From positions 1 through 62,157 of the forward strand of contig JAANOX010000196.1 of NCBI GenBank assembly GCA_020184695.1: DNA of 62,157 nt. The letters run 5' to 3'. Position numbers and translations under genes: made by a program. Origin of the DNA: Histomonas meleagridis 2922-C6/04-290x. Lineage: Eukaryota; Protista; Parabasalia. Positions within the stretch are counted from its first letter, which is position 1. Each line of letters opens with the position of its first letter. This document shows, piece by piece, positions 23,255 through 30,761 of this stretch. The notes under the pieces are model-generated. The model worked only from the letters and a program-made list of their open reading frames with translations, ran no database searches and was not told the origin of the DNA.

Positions 23255-23827
23255 TTACTCCTTAAGCAGGTAGATGAGTTGTGAGTACTTAGGATTGAGC
23301 CCAAAAACAATGTTAATTATCTGATCTGTCCATACATTTCGATCAATCTTTCGTCGTAAACATTCAATCACTTCTTCAGGTGTTGGATCTCTAAGCTTAT
23401 AAAGAATAAGAATTTCTTTTGGTATTGCAAGGTTTGCTGTTGATGGGTGAATTTTTTGAATCGAATAGATATCATTCTTGAAATCCTTGTTGTTGTGTAA
23501 TGGAGCAGAAACGTACAGAATGTTGAGGATCGTTTGTAATTCGGATGGTAAAGCATCCTTTTTGCAAATTATTTCTCGGTTTGATATCACTTCCTTTGTA
23601 TATTTTTCAAGCATTTCAGCTCCATCAATAGAAATATCATATTGTGTGTATTGCTCGATAAGTTTAGGAATATCTTCAATTTCCCCTGTTTTAATATGAG
23701 TAAGAGCATTTCGAAATGTTGCATCGCGACCGAGTATTTTTTGTTTCTTCCAATGGAAAAATGTAGCCCAATGTATTTTCATTTTAGTTTCAATCTTTGA
23801 TGGATTGATGCTTGAGAAAAAATTCAT
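23255..23827 (-). CDS. IST1: IST1-like ESCRT-III-associated protein (core domain only)
   Basis: FSSINPSKIETKMK, AEMLEKY, ILYVSAP and LYKLRDPTPEEV match the IST1 N-domain pattern; ATG at 23827 with TCAC Inr just upstream (the track used a TTG at 23845). Confidence 0.65.
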   Translation of the reverse strand: MNFFSSINPSKIETKMKIHWATFFHWKKQKILGRDATFRNALTHIKTGEIEDIPKLIEQYTQYDISIDGAEMLEKYTKEVISNREIICKKDALPSELQTILNILYVSAPLHNNKDFKNDIYSIQKIHPSTANLAIPKEILILYKLRDPTPEEVIECLRRKIDRNVWTDQIINIVFGLNPKYSQLIYLLKE

Positions 23828-23944
23828 ATATGTGAAGTAATCCAAATTTTATCAGAAGAAATGATAAAATAAATTTTTTAACTGGAAATTTAAATTGAAA
23901 ATTTGTCAAAACATTTTTATTGGCAAAATTTCTAGTTTTGTTGA

Positions 23945-23959
23945 CCGTTACAATAACGG
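23945..23959. promoter_or_regulatory. Inverted pair of Myb/M3-like sites CCGTTA-caa-TAACGG in a bidirectional promoter
   Basis: Perfect 6-bp inverted repeat in the 161-bp head-to-head gap between IST1-like and the 90-aa ORF. Confidence 0.5.
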
Positions 23960-23988
23960 ACGTTTATTAATTTTAACGTTCACCAAAA

Positions 23989-24261
23989 ATGGAAAGGGAT
24001 TCTTCCTCAACACCATTTGCTCCACGTAAAACATTAAAGTCACGATCATCGCGATATCCTGCACGTAGTGCCATTTTTAAAGCAAATGAAGGTCAACTTA
24101 ATCTCCAATATTTTTCACAACTTCTTGATGTTGATACAATTTGTAGTAATGCACTTCGGACACTTCGTATGGATGAAGAACCCAATCAAAAATTTGTAGA
24201 ATCGCTTCAAAACGATGAATGGAAATACAAATACGACTTTCCTATTATTACTAAATATTAA
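23989..24261 (+). CDS. Small hypothetical protein (90 aa)
   Basis: ATG preceded by TCAC Inr-like element; fills the gap between IST1-like and BOP1. Confidence 0.65.
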   Translation: MERDSSSTPFAPRKTLKSRSSRYPARSAIFKANEGQLNLQYFSQLLDVDTICSNALRTLRMDEEPNQKFVESLQNDEWKYKYDFPIITKY

Positions 24262-24281
24262 TATATTTTTTTTATTTATTT

Positions 24282-26033
24282 TTAAGTCCAAAGTCTAATT
24301 GTATGATCAGCGCCAGCAGAGATTAGCCATGGCTGTGTCCTATGCCATACTAACGCCAGCACACCTAACACTCCGTTTTTGTTATGTCCTTGTAACTCCT
24401 TAACGGGCACAATTAACGGGTTCGTTATCAAATCGTCGTAAACCTGTGAATGGAACACATAAATTTTTGTATCGTCTGAGCAAGTTGCGAATAATGGAAA
24501 TCGTTTGTGGAACATTACATCTCTTACAGCAGCAGTATGAGTTCTTAGTGTCTTAAATGGATCAGCAGACAATTCAGTATCGAACCACATACTTTTGCCA
24601 TCGAAAGCTCCAGCTAAAATATGATCGCCACGAGGATGGATATCAACAGATGAAACCCATTGCACGTGCGGACGTAATGTTAACCTTTTAACCTTTTCGA
24701 TTAGATCGAACACGAGTATATGATGTTGCGTAGCAACAATGAAGTATGGCTTGTTCGGATGGAACTTGACGGTTTGGATATATGACTTTGCGGATGTGAT
24801 TGGCGTTCTGTAGTCCCACGAAGTTGTGTTGTATATGAAAACATGACGCGACTGACCGAGCACCGCAAAGAATGTTCCTGTTGGACTAAAAACGCATTCT
24901 CTCATTGAGACAATATGTGGGTGTGAAATTTGTGCTATGTTTTCTTCAACATATTTAATGGTTTCGCTTTCTTCTGGTAAATCGCAGTCATCTCTAAGTC
25001 GAATGAGATATACATATTTGCCACAGCATGCGCCAATGAGTGACTTGTCTTGCGTTGGATAAAATGCAACACTGCAAACGGCTGAATCGTTACAATATTG
25101 TCCAAGATTAATGGTGCGAAGACAAAATCCGGTTTGCGTTTCCCAAATCTTAAGTTCGCCATCACTACTTCCGCTAACTAAAAGAGATCCAGAATGTGAT
25201 ATATCAACAGAACGGACACGTGCTGTGTGTCCAACAAAACGAACGCTTTCTGTGGTCGGAAATGGTTTCAGTTGTTCTGCATCTGGAAGCTCAGGAAGGA
25301 GTTCTGCTGATGAATCGGGTAAGCGAGCACGTAATTCACGAGGACGAAGATAGAGATCACAACACCTGTCGTACCTTTCTCTGACTGCTTTGTCATATCC
25401 AGGAACTTCAATGAGTTTTGCACCGCCATTTGGATTATATGAATCATCGTTAAGTGGTGGTGCAATTTTGGGAGCAGGACGGCCTCGTCGTTTTTGTGGC
25501 TTGGAATAGAAGTCTTCTGACCATATGTCAATGGGTTCGTCTTCTTTCTCTTCTTCTTGTTCCCTGAGCTCGTTAGCTCTAATAGCAGCAACAAATTTGT
25601 TCACACGGTATATTGTTTGCTTTGATGGACGGAATTTACCTTTGGATGATATGAAGTTTGAAAGTGGATGAATTTTATCTTCATATTCTTTTTCATGATA
25701 ATCTTGATAAAGCTGATAATCACGGAGAGCAACGCGTCCAGTACGAATTCTTTGAATTAAATCTAAATCTTCAGCTGAAATCTTCTTGAATTCACCATTT
25801 AATTGATCATAAATTCTACGCCACCACTCTGGATCTGTTGATCGTCTGATGATTTCATCAATTGCATCTGGTCTTTCTTTGGGTATGACTTTATCTCCAG
25901 TTGCAGTATAACCTATATGCTGAAATTCATCATACCATTCCATTGGTATATCACCAACAATGTTAACGGGAACATCGTCATCTGTATCTGAACTTTCGTC
26001 GTTTTGCTCTGGGAATAAATCTTCTTTCTCCAT
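24282..26033 (-). CDS. BOP1: Ribosome biogenesis WD40 protein BOP1/Erb1
   Basis: PMEWYDEFQHIGY, ERYDRCCDLYLRPR, GHTARVRSV, WHRTQPWLISAGADHTIRLWT. Confidence 0.96.
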   Translation of the reverse strand: MEKEDLFPEQNDESSDTDDDVPVNIVGDIPMEWYDEFQHIGYTATGDKVIPKERPDAIDEIIRRSTDPEWWRRIYDQLNGEFKKISAEDLDLIQRIRTGRVALRDYQLYQDYHEKEYEDKIHPLSNFISSKGKFRPSKQTIYRVNKFVAAIRANELREQEEEKEDEPIDIWSEDFYSKPQKRRGRPAPKIAPPLNDDSYNPNGGAKLIEVPGYDKAVRERYDRCCDLYLRPRELRARLPDSSAELLPELPDAEQLKPFPTTESVRFVGHTARVRSVDISHSGSLLVSGSSDGELKIWETQTGFCLRTINLGQYCNDSAVCSVAFYPTQDKSLIGACCGKYVYLIRLRDDCDLPEESETIKYVEENIAQISHPHIVSMRECVFSPTGTFFAVLGQSRHVFIYNTTSWDYRTPITSAKSYIQTVKFHPNKPYFIVATQHHILVFDLIEKVKRLTLRPHVQWVSSVDIHPRGDHILAGAFDGKSMWFDTELSADPFKTLRTHTAAVRDVMFHKRFPLFATCSDDTKIYVFHSQVYDDLITNPLIVPVKELQGHNKNGVLGVLALVWHRTQPWLISAGADHTIRLWT

Positions 26034-26038
26034 TAACT

Positions 26039-26046
26039 GTCACTTT
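26039..26046 (-). promoter_or_regulatory. AAAGTGAC motif (trichomonad M2-like) just upstream of the BOP1 ATG
   Basis: AAAGTGAC-agtta-ATG on the minus strand; the same motif precedes the HAD gene. Confidence 0.45.
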
Positions 26047-26254
26047 TACACGACCACGAAAATGAAAAACGTTTAATTGTTATTCAAATTATGACCAAAT
26101 AGCAATTTAAATTTTGAAATTTTGAATACAAATGAAACGTTAGTACTTAACTAAATTTTTAGCATCGATTTTTTTTAGTAAAAGACATTGCAAATCCAAA
26201 ATTATATCCTCATTAAAATCAATCAGTGCAATATTGGGAAAGTTTCATATTCTT

Positions 26255-26340
26255 GAACCATTTATGCTCGAATTCAACTGGAAATGAATATGATTCATCA
26301 CAAACAATTTCGGGAGTCCAATACAATGGACATCCGAGCT
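26255..26340 (-). pseudogene. Protein-kinase relic (subdomain VIII-IX joined to XI)
   Basis: *LGCPLYWTPEIVCDESYSFPVEFEHKWF resembles GTPxYxAPE...YSxxVD and HxWF; flanked by stops. Confidence 0.4.
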
Positions 26341-26561
26341 ATTGGTGAATAGGTTTATTGCCTTCTTGAGCAGCAATTGAATAAATGGATATAATTCATG
26401 AATTTTTACAACCTTCAGATTTAAATATGTACAAGAAACCAATTTTAATGTGTAAATATATTTTTAAATATCGATTAACATTACCACACTCATTGTTTTC
26501 AAAGCTTAGTAAGGGAAAAAACGTTTGATACCCCGAATGAAATTCATGGATCACTATTCAT

Positions 26562-26604
26562 ATAACCGCCGAGAACGTTTGTGACCTTTATTAAAATAAC
26601 CGCC
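26562..26604 (-). promoter_or_regulatory. Two direct copies of an M3-like motif (ATAACCGCC; GGCGGTTA on the minus strand)
   Basis: ATAACCGCC at 26562-26570 and 26596-26604 in the divergent BOP1/Chibby-like gap. Confidence 0.4.
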
Positions 26605-26674
26605 TTTACGATCAGTTTTTCCAAGCGGACGTTTAAATGCAGGATCGAAAGAGCAAGAAAGATTTCAAAAGGGA

Positions 26675-27118
26675 ATGAAAAATACTCACCAACGAAAAAA
26701 CAGCGAACCTTCCCCTAGCCAAGAAGATAGCTATTCCACGAGTTATGAGAATGAAAGTAAATCAAATCAAAATACACATATAAAACAAGAAACTACCAAA
26801 ACAAAAAAGGAAGAAACAAACTCAGAAAAAAACAAGGAAAATGAAAATTTTGAGAATCATCAAATTACTCTTTCACTTTCTGGTTCGAAACTCGTTTTCT
26901 TAAATGGAAGATGGATTGATCTTACTGATAGCAACGAAGTTAGTAATATGGTTCATCCGCTTATTGTACAAAATAATAATTTGAAAAAAAAATATGAGCT
27001 TCTATTAGGTGCACTTGCAGAGTCAAACTTTGAAATTGAACAGAATCAAAAAGAGCTTGAAAGCGTTGAAACTGTTATATCGCAACTCAAAGAAATACTT
27101 GCAAGTATTGAGTCATAA
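26675..27118 (+). CDS. Chibby-like coiled-coil (basal body/ciliogenesis) protein
   Basis: LSLSGSKLVFLNGRWI followed by NNNLKKKYELLLGALAES parallels Chibby MNLAGQSLKFENGQWI...NNLLRLKVDILLDMLSES (from recalled sequence). Confidence 0.65.
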   Translation: MKNTHQRKNSEPSPSQEDSYSTSYENESKSNQNTHIKQETTKTKKEETNSEKNKENENFENHQITLSLSGSKLVFLNGRWIDLTDSNEVSNMVHPLIVQNNNLKKKYELLLGALAESNFEIEQNQKELESVETVISQLKEILASIES

Positions 27119-27409
27119 TTATTTTACAGATTATATTAAATAAATCAGTCTTGTTCACAACTGTTGATCAGCGCATATCCATGTGCGAAAAAAATGTAAA
27201 TAAATGAAACTCAAATCAAGATTTTAATATGTGAAACAAGGGAAATGTTATATGAAATGTTTACCAAGTTTCTTTTAACAACCCCAAATTCAGTCAAAAA
27301 GTGAAAATGATATCCAAGAAACCAACACAAAATCAAACAAGCATTGTCAATAGTATTGATAAAAGGTTAGTATTGATTGACTATCTTTGTTCGAATTGAG
27401 TTAGTTTAA

Positions 27410-28450
27410 ATGGATACCCTCAATTATAACATCAGATACGGATTTATTGATGGCCTTGTCCGTGCTTACTTTACTGGTTTCTTAACAGATAATGACTACA
27501 TGCAACTTAAACAAAGTGAAACTCTTGATGATCTTCGTCTTCATTTAGGAAACTGTGGATTCCAAGAATATTTCCAAAACGACACAGGTTCTGCTACACC
27601 GCAAATCATATATGAACGTTGTATGCAACGTATGGTTCAACGTTTTAATGATATTGAATGTCAAGCAGAAAGTGATCTCAAGACCTTTTTCCAATGGATT
27701 CGTATTCCCTTTATGATTGACAACGTAGTTTTACTTATTTCTGGTGTCATACGTAATCGTGATGTTTCTGATCTTGTTGAACGATGTCATCCACTTGGTA
27801 TGTTTGATGGTATCAAAAGTCTTTCCGTTGCCGCCAATGCCGAAGAACTTTATCAAACAGTTCTAATTGACACACCACTTGGACCATTATTCCAAAAATG
27901 TTTATCTAAGACAACACTCAACGAACAAAACATCGAAATCATTCGTCTCATGTTATACCGCGAATACTTCGATGGGTTTTACAAGTTCTGCGAAGGCTTA
28001 GGTAACGAAACCGCAAACATTATGCTTGAAATCCTAAAATTCGAAGCTGATCGCCGCGCAATTATTATCACACTTAACTCATTAAAGACGTCACTGATGT
28101 TTGATGATAGAGAAGCACTTTATCCACGAATCGGACAATTGTATCCGGAAGCTACACATTTGTTGGTACGTGCACAAACTGAAGCCGACGTCGCTCGAAT
28201 CCTCGATAGCTATGAAGTATATCGCGGTCTGTGGGGCGCTGTGTCGCAAACAAAGTCAATTGAAGATGTTTTTTATGAACGAATGGCAGAAATGAATGTG
28301 GATGCATTTAACATATTCTTCCAATTCGGCGTATTTTATGCTTGGGTACACTTGATGGACCAAGAAGTAAGAAATATACAATGGATATCAGAATGTATCC
28401 ACCAAAATAAGAGAGAAAAAGCTGACAGTTACATTCGTATTAGAAAGTGA
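27410..28450 (+). CDS. ATP6V0D: V-type ATPase V0 subunit d (Vma6)
   Basis: NIRYGFIDGLVR, LKQSETLDDLRLHL, YMIDN-like FMIDNV, CHPLG, LKFEADRRAIIITLNS, QEVRNIQWISECI. Confidence 0.97.
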   Translation: MDTLNYNIRYGFIDGLVRAYFTGFLTDNDYMQLKQSETLDDLRLHLGNCGFQEYFQNDTGSATPQIIYERCMQRMVQRFNDIECQAESDLKTFFQWIRIPFMIDNVVLLISGVIRNRDVSDLVERCHPLGMFDGIKSLSVAANAEELYQTVLIDTPLGPLFQKCLSKTTLNEQNIEIIRLMLYREYFDGFYKFCEGLGNETANIMLEILKFEADRRAIIITLNSLKTSLMFDDREALYPRIGQLYPEATHLLVRAQTEADVARILDSYEVYRGLWGAVSQTKSIEDVFYERMAEMNVDAFNIFFQFGVFYAWVHLMDQEVRNIQWISECIHQNKREKADSYIRIRK

Positions 28451-28638
28451 TCCAATAAACCATTCAAAATCATCCACTTTTTGTGCGTATCGAAGGGGTG
28501 TCCCAATGTTGTCGATAATTGAAAAAGTAAAAAATTTATTCAAAATTTTATATGAGATCAGTGAAAATACAATTGAAATAATTGTGTCAATAATTGAGAG
28601 AGCTCGTTCGGTTGGTCCAATAATTTCTGTATTGCAAT

Positions 28639-30420
28639 ATGTCAACAAAAAACAAACCACAAAAACTTAAAAAAGGCAAATTCTTTGATATCATAAAAAA
28701 ATTTGTTAAAATCAAACGAATAATATTTAATTTGACACAAGACAATTTAGAAATTTCAGTAGAGCAAACAATAAAATTACTTGATATAGATTTTCCATTT
28801 TCATTTAATTTGATAATTTGTAATTTTGTTTATAATGCATTTTGTTCAAATAAAGAATTAGATTATATATTTTTAAATTTTTTAGAAAATATTCAAATAG
28901 AAGAAGAAAAAATCGAAAAATTTAATCCAAGTATTACTAAAATGTTTGAAAATTCTTTAGGTAAGACTGTGTCACAAGAAACATATTTTTTAAGGATAAA
29001 AATGATAGAAAAAAATTTAACTGATAAAAGTGTACTCGCAAAAATTGATCCAAAATACATTAGACATAGCGAAGTAAAAAATATGTATGCAGAAATTTAT
29101 TCATTATTTGATTATTTCACAAGGAATCCCGCTAGCCCTAAAATAATTTCAGAAGAGGAAGAACAGGAAGAAAACCAAGAACTTGATAAGAAGTTAATTG
29201 AAGAAGGACAAAATCCAAGAAAAATTGCCAAAATAATAAGAAATGATGAAATAGAAAAACTTCAAGAAATATCTGCACAAAATGATTTTGATTTTAATCA
29301 AGAAATTAGACCATCAATTTATGAAAAATGTTCATATATTAATCTCAAATATTATGTTACATTAATTGATTTTGCTGCATTTTTTAGATCAGTGAAATGT
29401 TTTAAATATTTACTTATGAATGGTGCAAATGTTAAAAATGCAGGTAAATATGCAGTTGCAGGTGGAAATGAAGAAATTATTCATTTATGCGAACAAAATC
29501 ATTCATCATTTAATGGTGCATATGAAGCAGCAATTCAATTTCATCAAAATGATATCTTCAAATATATTTATGAAAATAAATTAGAAGGTATTAAGAATTT
29601 AGAAGAATTAGGAAAGAAATGTTTAAGATGTTCCAACTTTGAAATTTTATCATTTTTGAGGAAAAATGGAATGAAGATAAACAATATGATTATTAATGAA
29701 ACAGCTGAAATTGGAAATTTATATCTTTTAAAATATTTCCTTCATAAAAATCAAGTTCCAAATGATATATTAATTTATGCTACAAAATCAGGAAATGTTG
29801 AACTTGTTAAATACATTCTTGAACAAAAAGAAATTGATATTAATGCTGGGAATATTTATATGAATTATTTTATATTTATTATAATAATTTTATATTTCAA
29901 AATAATATTTGGAGATTATTCAAAATATTTGAAACAGCACTAATGTTAGCATCCAGATATCCATATGGATATATAGAAATAGTAAAATTACTTCTTAAAC
30001 AAGAAGGAATTGATATTAATGCAAAAAATATTTATTTGTTTTATTGAAAATTTATTTTAATAATTTGAAATTATAAAATATTATTTGGAAATTATTCAAA
30101 ATATTTGATACAGCACTTATGATAGCAGTTATATATGGGTATATAGAAATTGTTCAAGTTCTTATTGATCAAGAAGGAATTGATATTAATGCCAAAAATA
30201 TAAGTTTTTTTTAATTAACATTTATTTTAATAATTACATATTTCAAAATAATATTAGGAAATTATTTAAATTATTTAAAACAGCACTTATTTTTGCATAT
30301 AGCTCTCGAAAATTTGATGTTAAAGCAGAAATTATTAAAATACTTGAGCAAAAAAGAAACAGTACAAATTACAATAAAAAGTCCTATACAAAGCCCAGTA
30401 CAAAGTGTATCATATCCTAA
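28639..30420 (+). CDS. DUF3447-type ankyrin-repeat protein; 3' repeats interrupted by three non-GT-AG inserts; reconstructed product about 520-525 aa ending in CaaX (CIIS)
   Basis: KYAVAGGNEEIIHLCEQ parabasalid ankyrin motif; the first ORF stops at 29943 but ankyrin-coding blocks continue at 29931-30032, 30107-30202 and 30277-30420. Confidence 0.75.
29857..29927 (+). other. Intron-like insert 1 in the ankyrin hairpin (boundaries approximate)
   Basis: Sits between GN-I and F-ETAL; AAT(29851) to GAA(29931) = 80 nt; contains no GT dinucleotide. Confidence 0.75.
30033..30103 (+). other. Intron-like insert 2 in the ankyrin hairpin (boundaries approximate)
   Basis: Sits between KN-I and F-DTAL; AAT(30027) to GAT(30107) = 80 nt; in-frame TGA at 30045. 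Confidence 0.75.
30203..30273 (+). other. Intron-like insert 3 in the ankyrin hairpin (boundaries approximate)
   Basis: Sits between KN-I and F-KTAL; AAT(30197) to AAA(30277) = 80 nt; in-frame TAA at 30212. Confidence 0.75.
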
Positions 30421-30761
30421 ATTCTTGATAAAATCATATAAATAAATAGATTAGTTCAAAATTGACACTAACTTAACGATGATGTAAACAAAAGAAAAAT
30501 GATTTCCAAACGATCGTTATTGTACTATTCAAATAATTGATATATTTATGTCAAAGTGACAATCACATCGGTGCAACATACATAAAGTTAACAAAAAGTT
30601 CTCGAGTGAATAGGAGCACGTTAAAAACAAAAACTAAAGAAACATTTATTTGTATGTAATCTTGATTAATGTACCGCAACGATATCGAAAAATGCAATTA
30701 AATTTTATATAATCTTTATTTAATCCATACAGCTTTAACTAATACGCATAAAACACATACT

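Noticed and set aside
29852-29937. AT-AC (U12-type) or AT-AG reading of the ankyrin inserts
   Set aside because: AT..AC removals (82 or 84 nt) do not restore the frame and there is no ATATCC consensus. AT..AG (86 nt) restores the frame but deletes the ankyrin hairpin, and the fourth copy has no AG there.
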